A stretch of 31,328 nt of DNA from Candidatus Methylomirabilota bacterium. Its GTDB lineage: Bacteria > Methylomirabilota > Methylomirabilia > Rokubacteriales > CSP1-6. Of this stretch, positions 20,362 to 30,450 are shown piece by piece. The stretch is from positions 1 to 31,328 of the forward strand of contig JBKPAK010000192.1 of NCBI GenBank assembly GCA_046726415.1, read 5' to 3'. Position numbers and translations under genes: made by a program. The number at the start of each line of letters is the position of its first letter. Positions within the stretch are counted from its first letter, which is position 1. The notes under the pieces were generated by a model. That model did not search any database and was not told the DNA's origin. It saw only the letters and a list, made by a program, of their open reading frames with translations.

Positions 20362-22113
20362 ATGGCAGACAGCGCCACTCAACAACGCCGCGTCAAAGTT
20401 CCCCAGGGTATGGTCATCGAGCGAGCCGTCGATATCCCCATGGACGATGGGCTCGTGCTGAAGGCGGACGTCTACCGGCCGGAGGCGAAAGGCCCCGTCC
20501 CCGTCATCATGACCATGGGTCCCTACGGCAAGGGCGTGATGTACCAGGATCACTACAAGCCCATGTGGGACTGGCTGGCCGGCAAGCATCCCGACATCCT
20601 CCGCAGCTCGACCCGCAGCTTCCTGACGTGGGAGACCGTCGATCCCGAGATCTGGGTGCCGTGGGGCTACGCCGTGGTGCGGGTGGACTCGCGCGGCGCC
20701 GGCCGTTCGCCAGGCTACCTCGATATCTTCTCGCCGCGCGAGACCCGGGACTTCTACCACTGCATCGAGTGGGCCGGTACGCGGCCCTGGTCCAACGGCA
20801 AGGTCGGCCTCAACGGCATCTCGTACTACGCCATCAACCAGTGGCACGTGGCCGCGCTGCAGCCGCCGCACCTGGCCGCCATGGTGCCCTGGGAGGGCGC
20901 GGCCGATGCGTACCGCGACTGGTACCGCCACGGCGGCATCCTGTCGAACAAGTTCATGGAGGTCTGGTATCCGCGTCAGGTCGAGGCCGTGCAGCATGGA
21001 AACCCGAAAGGACCATGGGACCACTGGATGAACGAGCGCTCGACCGGACCGAAGGAGCTCTCCGAGCGGGAGCTGCCGGCAAACCGTTGCGACAACCTCG
21101 CCAACGCGCGCGCCCGCGAGATGGACGATGACTGGTACCGCGGCCGTTCTCCCGACTGGTCGAAAGTCACCGTGCCGTTCTTGAGCCCGGCCAACTGGGC
21201 CGGATTCGGCCTGCACCCCCGCGGGAACTTCGCGGCGTTCACCGAGGCCGCGTCCAGGGAGAAGTGGCTGGAAGGCCATCCCGGCCGGCACGAGGAGTGG
21301 TTTTACCTGCCGTACGGGATGGATTTGCAGAAGCGGTTCTTCGATCACTACCTGAAGGGCGAGAAGAATGGCTGGGCCGAAGAGCCGCGCGTCTGGCTGA
21401 ATCTGCGCCGGCCCTTCACCGAGGATGTAGAGCTGCGCAAGGAAAACGCGTGGCCGCTGCCGTCCACCCGATGGACGAAGCTCTACCTGGATGCGGCCGC
21501 CGGCGCGCTCGACTGGAAGGCGCCCGGCAAGGAAGGACGGGCCTCCTTCGTGGCGCTGGGCGAGGGGCTCAGATGGCTCTCGCCGCCCCTGGAGCAGGAA
21601 ACCGAGATCACCGGTCCCATGGCCCTCAAGCTCCCCCTCTCCTCGAGCACCGTGGATGCCGACCTCTTCGTCACCGTTCAGGCATTCTCGCCCGACGGCC
21701 GCGAGGTCGAGTTCCAGGGAACTCTCGATCCCCACACGCCGCTCGCGCAGGGCTGGCTGCGCGCCTCGCACCGAAAGCTCGATCCCGTGAGGTCTAAGCC
21801 GTGGCAGCCCTATCACACCCACGACGACAAGCAGCCCTTGAAGCCCGGCTGGGTCTACGACGTGGACGTGGAGATCTGGCCGACCTGCGTCATCCTTCCC
21901 CAGGGTTTCCGGCTGGCGGTGATCATCGCGGGCAGGGACTTCCAGCGCCCCGGGCCGGACCAGATGCCGGTGTTTCCCTCCCGCGGCTCGGGCCCGTGGC
22001 TGCACGACGACCCGAGCGACCGCGCGCCCGAAATCTTCGGCTGCACGACGACCGTGCATACGGGGCCCGGGCGGGAAGCCTATCTGATCCTGCCGGTGAT
22101 CCCGCCGCGCTGA
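20362..22113 (+). CDS. CocE/NonD-family (S15) serine hydrolase
   Basis: GGGAGGAG RBS before ATG 20362; IPMDDG.VLKADVYRP, GPYGK, DSRGAGRSPG, WSNGKVG, nucleophile GISYYA, C-terminal GWLRASHR. Confidence 0.93.
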   Translation: MADSATQQRRVKVPQGMVIERAVDIPMDDGLVLKADVYRPEAKGPVPVIMTMGPYGKGVMYQDHYKPMWDWLAGKHPDILRSSTRSFLTWETVDPEIWVPWGYAVVRVDSRGAGRSPGYLDIFSPRETRDFYHCIEWAGTRPWSNGKVGLNGISYYAINQWHVAALQPPHLAAMVPWEGAADAYRDWYRHGGILSNKFMEVWYPRQVEAVQHGNPKGPWDHWMNERSTGPKELSERELPANRCDNLANARAREMDDDWYRGRSPDWSKVTVPFLSPANWAGFGLHPRGNFAAFTEAASREKWLEGHPGRHEEWFYLPYGMDLQKRFFDHYLKGEKNGWAEEPRVWLNLRRPFTEDVELRKENAWPLPSTRWTKLYLDAAAGALDWKAPGKEGRASFVALGEGLRWLSPPLEQETEITGPMALKLPLSSSTVDADLFVTVQAFSPDGREVEFQGTLDPHTPLAQGWLRASHRKLDPVRSKPWQPYHTHDDKQPLKPGWVYDVDVEIWPTCVILPQGFRLAVIIAGRDFQRPGPDQMPVFPSRGSGPWLHDDPSDRAPEIFGCTTTVHTGPGREAYLILPVIPPR

Positions 22114-22171
22114 GGGATCGAGGAGCGTCCCGGCCAAGCACCCGCGTTGCGCGTTCTGGCCGGGTCTGATA

Positions 22172-22182
22172 TGGTCCGGCCA
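22172..22182. promoter_or_regulatory. Possible GntR/FadR-type operator upstream of the ABC operon
   Basis: TGGTCCGGCCA, one mismatch from the TGGTCnGACCA palindrome; next to a TTGACC -35-like hexamer at 22189. Confidence 0.35.
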
Positions 22183-22269
22183 CTTCGTTTGACCTAGGGG
22201 AATCATGGATCCTCGATAGCGCCATCGCACAGTCGGCATCGAATGGGACCGGCCCTGGAGGTGGAGAGC

Positions 22270-23754
22270 ATGAGTGAGACGCGACGGGACCGGGGAACGG
22301 TGAGCCGGCGGACGTTCCTGAAAGCCACCGGGGCGGCAGGCGCGGGCCTGCTCGGCGGGCCCTATTTCGCTGCCGACTTCGCCTGGGCTGCGTCGGTCCC
22401 GGGAGACACGCCCGAGGAGCGCGCGGTGAACGGCGCGAAGGCGCTGAAGAAGAACCTCGATCTGAACGTCCTGATCTGGGGCCAGTACTACCCGGGGAAG
22501 ATGCGCGAGCTGGCCACCGACTTCAAGGAAAAGACCGGAATCGGCGTCGGCGCCACCCAGGACCTCGTCACCTTCCAGATCCCGGCGCGCGTCATGGCCG
22601 AGGCTGTGGCGAAGTCCAGCGCCTTCGACATCGTGCACGTCGGGGCCGGCATGATCCCCACGCTGGTCAGCGCCGGCTATCTGCAGCCCCTGAACAAGTT
22701 CATGGAGCGCGGCGGGATGGTGTACCGGTCGGTGGGGCCGCAGAGCCTCCAGACCCACTATCACGGGGAGAACTACGGGTTCGTGACGGACGGCAACGTC
22801 ATGGCCACCGGCATCCGCAAGGATTTGTTCGAGAACCCCGACGAACGCAAGCGGTTCGCGGACAAACACGGCAAGCCGCTGAAGTGGCCGGAGACGTGGG
22901 AGGACTATCTGGAGGTGGCTCGCTTCTTCACGCGGCCGCCCGACCTCTACGGCGTCTCCGACCTCCGCTCCCGCAACTGGGGAGGGACGGTGTGGTTCCT
23001 GATGCAGTTCTACGCGAACGGTGGTTTTCCGTTCTCCGACGACATGACGCCGACCCTCTACAACGACGCGGGGCGGAAGGCGGCCGAGGGATTCCTGGCC
23101 ACCAAGGCCTTCTCGACGCGGGACATCGCGGTCTGGGGCACGACCCAGAACATTCCCTTCGTCGTGGGCGGAGGCGCCGCCATGTGGACCTACTGGACGG
23201 GAGCCTTCGGGGTCGCCGAGCGCGGTGACTCCAAGACGAAAGGCAAGTGGTCCTACGGCGTCGTCCCGGGCTCGCGCATGACCGGACGGCTGGTGAAGCG
23301 GTCGGTCTCGGAACCGGTGATCGCGCTGGTCGTCAACCGGCGCGGTCAGGACCCGGAGGCGGCGTACTGGCTCTGCCAGTACCTGAGCACGCCCAAGCAC
23401 TCGACCGAAATCGTCGCCGATCCCAAGCTCCAGTTCCACGATGCGTGGGCCCCCGAGCACATGACGGACCCGCGCGTCCTGGCCAAGTACACCCCCCAGG
23501 GGGTCGAGGCCACGAAGAAGTGCCTCGAGATCAGCTGCCCGCCGATCCTGCTGCCCGGGTTTCTCGAGTTCACCGACATCCTGGACAAGAACCTGACGGA
23601 CGCCTTCGTCGGAACCATCTCCGGCGACGAGGCCCTGAAGAAGACCGAGGCGGACTGGCGGGACGTCGTCAAGCGAGTTGGGAGCAAGTTGCTCGTCAAG
23701 GACCTGGCCAGCTACCAGGCGGCCTTCCCGAAGATCGATCAGCCGAAGGGCTGA
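22270..23754 (+). CDS. Tat-exported ABC substrate-binding protein (sugar/CUT1 type)
   Basis: Twin-arginine SRRTFLK signal; RKDLF, WPETWEDY..ARFF motifs; first gene of the operon. Confidence 0.9.
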   Translation: MSETRRDRGTVSRRTFLKATGAAGAGLLGGPYFAADFAWAASVPGDTPEERAVNGAKALKKNLDLNVLIWGQYYPGKMRELATDFKEKTGIGVGATQDLVTFQIPARVMAEAVAKSSAFDIVHVGAGMIPTLVSAGYLQPLNKFMERGGMVYRSVGPQSLQTHYHGENYGFVTDGNVMATGIRKDLFENPDERKRFADKHGKPLKWPETWEDYLEVARFFTRPPDLYGVSDLRSRNWGGTVWFLMQFYANGGFPFSDDMTPTLYNDAGRKAAEGFLATKAFSTRDIAVWGTTQNIPFVVGGGAAMWTYWTGAFGVAERGDSKTKGKWSYGVVPGSRMTGRLVKRSVSEPVIALVVNRRGQDPEAAYWLCQYLSTPKHSTEIVADPKLQFHDAWAPEHMTDPRVLAKYTPQGVEATKKCLEISCPPILLPGFLEFTDILDKNLTDAFVGTISGDEALKKTEADWRDVVKRVGSKLLVKDLASYQAAFPKIDQPKG

Positions 23755-23761
23755 CCGAGCC

Positions 23762-23792
23762 GGGCCCGACTCCGGAGCGCGGGGTCGGGCCC
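23762..23792 (+). other. Intercistronic hairpin after the binding-protein gene
   Basis: GGGCCCGACTCCG / CGGGGTCGGGCCC stem with no U-tract; typical of mRNA-stabilising stems in ABC operons. Confidence 0.5.
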
Positions 23793-23814
23793 TCCTCTCA
23801 CCCGAGCACGGTCG

Positions 23815-24726
23815 ATGGCGCGGCGACGGGGACGACACTACAAGTGGTCCATCCTACCCGTGGTAGGCGTGCCCGTCCTGTTCCTGGCGGCGCCGATCAT
23901 CTTCTTTCAGATCTACTTCAGCCTGCACCAGTGGACGGCATATCTGGGCGACTGGTGGCAGGCGGAGTTCGTCGGCCTGCAGAACTTCGCCGACGTGCTC
24001 CGGGACCCGCGGTTCTACTGGTCGCTCGCGCGCTCGCTGATCTTCGCCGGGGCGTCGACCGTCCTGTGCCTGATCATCGGCTTCACCCTGGCCTACCTGA
24101 TGCGCGAGCCATTCCCGGGACGCGGTCTCCTCTATCTCCTGTTCATCACCCCGATGCTCATCGTTCCCATCGCCATCGGCTACAACTTCGAGATGCTGCT
24201 CGTCGAGAAGGGGCCGCTGAACCAGTTGCTCGGCTGGATCACAGGAGGGGAGATCCGGGTCTCCTGGTTTGCCCAGCCGATCCCGGCCTTCCTCTCCATC
24301 ATCTTCATCGAGACGTGGAACTGGACGCCGTTCGTCTTCATCCTGATGCTGGCCGGACTCAGCGGCATACCCAAGGAGCCGATCGAGGCGGCCAGGGTCC
24401 TCGGCGCCAGCTCTCTGCAGATCTTCCTTCAGGTCGAGCTTCCGCTGCTCCGGCCGGTCATCGTCCTTGCGGTGATCCTGCGCTTTCTGGAGGCGCTGGG
24501 GGAGTACCCCAAGGTGTGGGCGCTGACCCGCGGCGGGCCCGGGAGTTACACGGAGACGATGCCCGTGTACCTGTACATCACGAGCTGGCAGCACTTCAAC
24601 ATCTCGAAGGGCGCGGCCATCTCCTACCTCGTGCTCGTGATCGTGGCCGCCATCGTCTACCTCTGCATCCGTATCCTGCTGCGAGAGAAGCGGGCCCTGG
24701 AGGCCCTGTACCGGCGCTCGCCATGA
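23815..24726 (+). CDS. Carbohydrate-type ABC permease (MalF-like)
   Basis: FVGLQNF, WNWTPF, EAA loop EAARVLGAS, LTRGGPG. Confidence 0.92.
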   Translation: MARRRGRHYKWSILPVVGVPVLFLAAPIIFFQIYFSLHQWTAYLGDWWQAEFVGLQNFADVLRDPRFYWSLARSLIFAGASTVLCLIIGFTLAYLMREPFPGRGLLYLLFITPMLIVPIAIGYNFEMLLVEKGPLNQLLGWITGGEIRVSWFAQPIPAFLSIIFIETWNWTPFVFILMLAGLSGIPKEPIEAARVLGASSLQIFLQVELPLLRPVIVLAVILRFLEALGEYPKVWALTRGGPGSYTETMPVYLYITSWQHFNISKGAAISYLVLVIVAAIVYLCIRILLREKRALEALYRRSP

Positions 24727-25598
24727 CTCGACGAAGCAAGCGGAGGCTCCTGGTCGTGGCGCGCTACCTGATCCTTGGCCTCTGGCTCCTCGTCGTCCTG
24801 TTCCCGCTCTTCTGGTCGGTGATGACATCGTTCAAGCCGCCCTACGAGTGGTTCACGTGGCCCCCGACCTGGATCCCGCATCCCTTCACGCTGAACAACT
24901 ACCGCGTGGCCTGGTTCGGCGAGCTCCTGGACAGCAAGTACGTCCAGTCGGCCTCGATCCAGACGCCGTTCCACGCCCTGGTGAACAGCCTCTTTATCGC
25001 GGGGACGTCGACGGCGCTCTCGGTGGCCCTGGGCCTGCTCCTGGCCTACGGGGCCTCGCGCTACGGCATTCTCAGCGAGCGGGCGCTCTTCCGCTTCCTG
25101 ATGCTGCGGATGATTCCCCCGATCGTGGTGGCCGTCCCCATCCTCATCTACTACGCCACCCTCGGGCTGCTGGACAGCTACGTCGGCCTGATCACGCTCT
25201 ACGTCGTCTCCACGCTGCCCTACTCGCTGTGGATGACCAAGAGCTTCATCGACGAGATCCCTATCGAGGTGGAGCAGGCGGCCGAGCTCCTGGGAGCGGG
25301 GCGCATCAGAACCCTGTGGGAGGTGGTCCTGCCGCTGATCCGCTCCGGTGTGGTGGCGACCTTTCTGTTCATCCTGATCCTGACGTGGAGCGAGTACCTC
25401 ATGGCCATCACCCTCTCGGCGACGCGGATCTCCACCCTGCCGGTCCAGCTGAGCAAGTACGAGGGAGCGACTGAGGGGCGCCTGTACGGCTGGCAGCAGG
25501 CCATGTCGATCGGAGTGACGATGCCGCTGATCGCCATCGGCTATGCGATCCACCGGCACCTGGTGCGCGGCTTCAGCTTCGGGATGCTGAAGAGGTAG
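24723..25598 (+). CDS. Carbohydrate-type ABC permease (MalG-like)
   Basis: ATGA overlap with the upstream permease; FPLFWSVMTSFK, TLNNY, EIPIEVEQAAELLGA, WSEY. Confidence 0.92.
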   Translation: MTRRSKRRLLVVARYLILGLWLLVVLFPLFWSVMTSFKPPYEWFTWPPTWIPHPFTLNNYRVAWFGELLDSKYVQSASIQTPFHALVNSLFIAGTSTALSVALGLLLAYGASRYGILSERALFRFLMLRMIPPIVVAVPILIYYATLGLLDSYVGLITLYVVSTLPYSLWMTKSFIDEIPIEVEQAAELLGAGRIRTLWEVVLPLIRSGVVATFLFILILTWSEYLMAITLSATRISTLPVQLSKYEGATEGRLYGWQQAMSIGVTMPLIAIGYAIHRHLVRGFSFGMLKR

Positions 25599-25603
25599 GA
25601 GGG

Positions 25604-26677
25604 ATGGCCGAGATCACGCTGGCGAAGCTGCGCAAGGAGTTCAGGGGAACGGTGGCCGTTCAGGAGATGGACCTGGCCATCAAGGAGGGCGAGTTCCTCG
25701 TGCTGGTGGGCCCGTCCGGGTGCGGCAAGACTACGACGCTCCGAATGATCGCGGGCCTGGAGGACCCGACCTCCGGCGAGATCGCGATCGACGGGCGGCC
25801 GGCGAACGATCTGGAGCCGGGCCATCGGAACATCGGGATGGTGTTCCAGAACCTCGCCCTCTTCCCGCACAAGACCGTGTACGACAACATCGCCTTCGGC
25901 CTCCGGGTGAAGAAGGTCGACGCCGACGAGATCCGGGCGCGGGTCGAGCAGGTGGCGGCGACCATGCGCATCGGACACCTCCTGGCCAAGCTGCCGGCGC
26001 AGTGCAGCGGGGGCGAGGCGCAGCGCGTGGCGCTGGCCCGCACGCTGGTGACCAATCCGAGCGCGTTTCTGCTGGACGAGCCGCTCTCCAACCTGGACGC
26101 CAAGCTCCGGAAGGAGATGCGGGCCGAGATCGACGCCCTGCATAGCCGGCTGGCGAAGACGTTCGTCTACGTGACCCACGACCAGGAGGAGGCGATGACC
26201 CTGGCCGACCGCATCGTGGTCATGCGGGACGGCCGGATCGAGCAGGTCGGGACCCCGCTGGAGATCTACCACGAGCCGGTGAACCAGTTCGTGGCCAGCT
26301 TCTTCGGATCGCCGGCCATGAACCTCATCGCCGGCCACGTGCGACACGAGGCCCGTGGGCAGGCCTTCGTCTTCGACGGCTCCGCGATTCCCCTCGAGGG
26401 CATGGCCGACGTTCCGGACGGGCCGGCCACGCTCGGAGTGCGGCCGGAGAGCGTGCGGGTCGACGGGGTCGTGGAGGGCCGCCCGGCGCGGGTGACCTTG
26501 GTGGAGCCTCTCGGAAAAGAAACGCTCGTCTACCTGAACCACGGCCCCGAGCGCCTGCTGATCGCGATCGCCGGTCCCGGCTTCCGGGCCGAGGAGGGCG
26601 CGAGCGTGGAGTTCGACCTTCTGGGTGGACGCCTCTATCTCTTCGACGGGGAGGGGAGGCGGCTCGGTCGGGGGTGA
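25604..26677 (+). CDS. MalK/UgpC-like ABC ATPase
   Basis: GPSGCGKTT, variant signature CSGGEAQR, LLDEPLSNLDAKLR, YVTHDQEEA, C-terminal TOBE-like region. Confidence 0.95.
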   Translation: MAEITLAKLRKEFRGTVAVQEMDLAIKEGEFLVLVGPSGCGKTTTLRMIAGLEDPTSGEIAIDGRPANDLEPGHRNIGMVFQNLALFPHKTVYDNIAFGLRVKKVDADEIRARVEQVAATMRIGHLLAKLPAQCSGGEAQRVALARTLVTNPSAFLLDEPLSNLDAKLRKEMRAEIDALHSRLAKTFVYVTHDQEEAMTLADRIVVMRDGRIEQVGTPLEIYHEPVNQFVASFFGSPAMNLIAGHVRHEARGQAFVFDGSAIPLEGMADVPDGPATLGVRPESVRVDGVVEGRPARVTLVEPLGKETLVYLNHGPERLLIAIAGPGFRAEEGASVEFDLLGGRLYLFDGEGRRLGRG

Positions 26678-26686
26678 GGCGCAGCC

Positions 26687-27423
26687 TCACCCGAGAGTTC
26701 TCACGATCAGCGCGGCGCCGGTGAGAAACAGCGCCGCTCCGACGATGCGCGTCACCGTCGAGGGGCCACGCGCAGGTGAACGCGATTGCCGACCCATACG
26801 CCGGTCCAGGCCACCGGGAGCAAGAGGGCCACGGCGATCCAGGGCGTGCGGGAGCCCAGAAGTCCGGCGAGGGCGAACGCCACCACGCGTAGCTCCACGT
26901 TCAGGATGACCATCTGTGAGATCGTCGCGCGCTGCGCGGCCGGCTCGGGGACCCGGCCGGCAATGTACGCGACGTACGGTGGACCGCCCATGCCGAACAG
27001 CGCGCCCGCCACCCCGCCGGCGAGGCCCGCGGGCGCGGCCCACCAGCGGCTCAATCGCCGCGCCGTCTCCCGACGAAGCATCACGTGGATGGCGTAGCCG
27101 CACACGAACAGCCCGAGCGCCAAGAGGGTGGCGGTGCACGGCAGGCTGACGAGCAGGGTCACGCCCAGCGTGAGACCGACGAGCGTGAAGGGCAAGAGCG
27201 TGAGGAGCTCGCGGGTGTCCGCATGCCGGCGCGTATGGAGCGCCAGCGCCGAGCCGAGGTCGAGGATCGCGGCCAGGGGGAGCACGAATACGAGGGGAAG
27301 GACCTGGACCAGTAGCGGAATGGTGATCGGGGAGGCGCCGAATCCCGTGACGCCGAATATCAGGTATCCGGCAAAAATCACCAGGGCGGCGAAGATCACC
27401 GCGTCGGGGCTGAGTCGATCGAT
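26687..27423 (-). pseudogene. TauE/SafE (sulfite-exporter) family membrane protein, frameshifted
   Basis: GVTGFGA and GALFGMGGPP repeats; shift in the G/C run near 26762; no clear ATG start. Confidence 0.8.
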
Positions 27424-27430
27424 CGCCGCG

Positions 27431-28075
27431 TCAGCCGCCGGACCGCTGGCCGCCAAGATACATGCGCCGGACCTCGGGGTTGTCGAGCAGCTCTCGGCCG
27501 GTGCCCTCGAAGCGGTTGCGGCCGAGCTCCAGCACGTACCCGCGATCGGAGATCTCCAGCGCTCGGGCCGCATTCTGCTCCACCAGCATCACCGTCAGCC
27601 CGGCCCGCGCCATCTCCACGGTCTTGTCGAACACCTCGTCGACGAACCGCGGGCTGAGCCCCAGCGAGGGCTCGTCGAGCATGAGCATCCGGGGCCGCAT
27701 CATGAGGCCGCGGCCCATGGCGAGCATCTGCTGCTCCCCCCCGCTCATCGTGCCGGCGAGCTGGCGGGGCCGCTCGGCCAGCCGGGGAAACAGCGTGAAG
27801 ACGTACTCCATCGCCGCCTTGACCTTGGCCGGGTCCCGCTCGAGGTAGGCGCCCATCTCGAGGTTCTCGCGCACGGTCATCGTGCTGAAGACCACGCGTC
27901 CCTGGGGCACGTACCCCAGGCCTAGGCCCAGGACCCGGTCCGGCCGCTGGCCGACCAGGCTGCTCCCCTCGAACACGACCTCGCCGCCGAGGAAGGTGAT
28001 CAGGTTCATGATCACCTTGAAGGTGGTCGACTTGCCGGCGCCGTTGGGGCCGATCACCGAGACGATCTCGCCCTC
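27431..28075 (-). pseudogene. livF: LivF-like ABC ATPase lacking its N-terminus
   Basis: EGEIVSVIGPNGAGKST, VPQGR, MSGGEQQMLAMGR, LDEPSLGL, VEQN, VRRMYLGG. Confidence 0.85.
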
Positions 28076-28500
28076 AGCTTCTGCTGCCCGTAGGAGAGAC
28101 GCCCCCCATATTCGGCCCGCAGGTGGGTGAGGTTCACGAAGGCGATGAGCTCTTCGGCCCGCTCGCGGGCGATCCGGTCGGGCACGGCGAGCCCCGTCAC
28201 CGACAGCATGTTCTCCAGGACCGTCATCTCCCGGAAGATGCGGGTGACCTGAAACGTCCGGGTGATGCGCTTGCCGAAGATCTGGTGAGGCTTGAGGCCG
28301 GCCATGTCCTCGCCTCGATAGATCACCTGGCCGTCATCGGGCCTGATGACCCCGGTGAGCAGGTTAAAGGTCGTCGTCTTGCCGGACCCGTTGGGCCCGA
28401 TCAGCCCGGAGATCTTGCCCCCGGGCACGGCGAAGCTGCATCCGTCGACGGCGCGCACCCCACCGAACGCTTTCCGGAGGTCGCGCACCTCGAGGACGAT
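28074..28500 (-). pseudogene. livG: LivG-like ABC ATPase lacking its C-terminal part
   Basis: KAFGGVRAVD, GPNGSGKTT, RTFQ, LSYGQQKL, then an abrupt junction into livF; no Walker B. Confidence 0.85.
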
Positions 28501-28520
28501 CCCGTCCGGGCTCGGGCGCG

Positions 28521-29460
28521 TCAGTGAACCATTCCTTTGCGGACCCAGCCGCGGTCGATGGCCAGCCCCATCAGGCCCCGTGGCATGAAGCGCGCGACCA
28601 CGACGATGAAGAGCCCGTACGCGATGAGGTGGGCGCTCGGGAAGTTCACCCAGGTGAGCTCCTGGACCGTGTAGAGCAGCACCGCGCCCACGATGGGGCC
28701 GATGACCGTGCCCTTGCCGCCGAGCATCGACATGAGGGCCATGGCGATGGTGATCTGCACAAAGAAGACCGACGGAGGGTCGATGTAGAGGACCTTGTAG
28801 GCCTGGATGCCGCCGGCGACGGCCGGAAAGATCGCCGAGAGCACGAAGGCCGCCAGCTTGTAGCGGGTGGCGTTGACCCCCAGCACCTCGGCCGCCCCCT
28901 CGTCTTCACGGATGGCGTTCAGGCGGACGCCGAAGCGGGAATGCCCGACCCCGTACGCCACCACGACCGTCACCACCACCAGGACGAGCATCGCGTAATA
29001 GGTCTGGAACGAGGTGTCGGCACTGGGCAGGCTGATGCCCAGCCCGCCGTGGGTCAGGCCATCCCACACAGTGGCGATCACGCGCGTGCCCTCGGCCGCT
29101 CCCAGCATGGCAATGGCGAAGTAGGGGCCCTTGAGGCGTAGCACCAGATAGCCGATCGCCACCGCTACCACCCCGGCCACCACCGCGCCGATCCCGAGCG
29201 TGGGGATCCAGTGCAGCGGTAGTCGGCGACCAGAATGGCGCAGGCATAGGCGCCGATCCCGTAGAACGCCACGTGGCCGAACGACGTGTAGCCCGTGAAG
29301 CCGCTGATGATGTTTCCAGGAGAGGGCGAGCACGACGTACATCATCGTGAACAGCACGAAACGAGCGCAGGTAGACGCTGAGCGCGTTGGGGGCGAAGGC
29401 CAGGACGAGTCCCACGACGGCCAGCAGGGCGAGGTTGCGGACGTGCTCGTGCTGCTTCAC
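28521..29460 (-). pseudogene. livM: LivM-like branched-chain amino-acid ABC permease, frameshifted
   Basis: WNIISGFTGYTSFGH, LRLKGPYFAIAML, AIREDE, LGGKGT..GP, split across at least three frameshifts at 29215-29360. Confidence 0.85.
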
Positions 29461-29469
29461 CGCGCCCCC

Positions 29470-30303
29470 TCAGGCTTCCTTCACGCCCATGAGCCCGCCG
29501 GGACGGATCAGCAGCACGAAGATCATCAAGCCGTAGGCGGCCAGCTCGACCATCGCGGTGCCGTTGGGAACCATGAGCGATACCAGATTTTCGAGGATGG
29601 CCAGCATGAAGCCGCCGATCAGCGCGCCCACGTAGTGCCCGCGGCCGCCCAGGATGATGATGGCGAAGGCCTGCAGGGTGTAGAGCACGCCCGTCTCCGG
29701 GTTGAACCCGAACTGGATCGACACCAGCGCCCCGCCCGCCACGGCCAGGGCGGCGGCGAGGCCGGTCGTGACCAGGTAGATGCGCCGCACGTTGATTCCG
29801 CACACCATCGCCACCTCGGCGTTCAGCGCGGTGGCCCGGACGGCCTTGCCCAGCCGGCTCAACTTCAAGAAGAGATAGACGCCGACCGAGATCACCAGCG
29901 CCGTGGCGAAGCTGATCACCCGGTTCTGGCCGACCGCGATGGAGGGGGGGTGAGATGGACCGTTTGCGGGGCGTACGGGATCGTCCGGAAGTCAGTGGTG
30001 AAGATCAGCTCGGCCGTGTAGATCATGCTCAGGCCGAGACCGAAGGTGATCAGGAGTCCCGTGAGCTCGGGCGCTCCGACGGCGGCGTTCAGCAGGACCT
30101 TCTGCACCGCCACGCCGAACAGGAAGGCGAGGGGGAGGGTGAAGACCATGGCGAGCAGCGGATCGATCCCGAGATAGAAGAAGGAGACCCACGTCAGGTA
30201 GGCGCCCATCATCACCATCTCGCCGTGCGCCGCGTTGATGATGCGCATGACGCCGAAGATCAGCGTGAGTCCCACCGCGAACATCGCGTAGACCCTGCCC
30301 TGC
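29470..30303 (-). pseudogene. livH: LivH-like ABC permease, N-terminally truncated and frameshifted
   Basis: YAMFAVGLTLIFGVMRIINAAHGE, LGKAVRA, AFAIIILGG, IRPGGL; shift at the G-run 29944-29950; no start codon. Confidence 0.85.
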
Positions 30304-30346
30304 CGCGGACCTCGCCGTGCAGCAGGCGTATCTCGGCGCGTCGTGA
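30302..30346 (+). pseudogene. Last 14 codons of a second LivF/LivG-type ATPase
   Basis: AADLAVQQAYLGAS* matches the C-terminal ..VxxAYLG motif of these ATPases. Confidence 0.55.
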
Positions 30347-30450
30347 GGTACTCTGGGGCGGCTGGTCGGAACCGCCCGCGCCGCCGTGCTCGACGCGCCT
30401 CGGCAGACTCGTCGAGAAACAGAATTCTCCGGCGCGAAGAGGGGACGTAG

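Noticed and set aside
20152-23838. 1228-aa minus-strand ORF
   Set aside because: Antisense shadow of the CocE and binding-protein genes in high-GC DNA; no recognisable motifs.
23247-25598. 783-aa ORF as a fusion protein
   Set aside because: Only the part from ATG 24723 is the permease; the rest overlaps two real genes in another frame.
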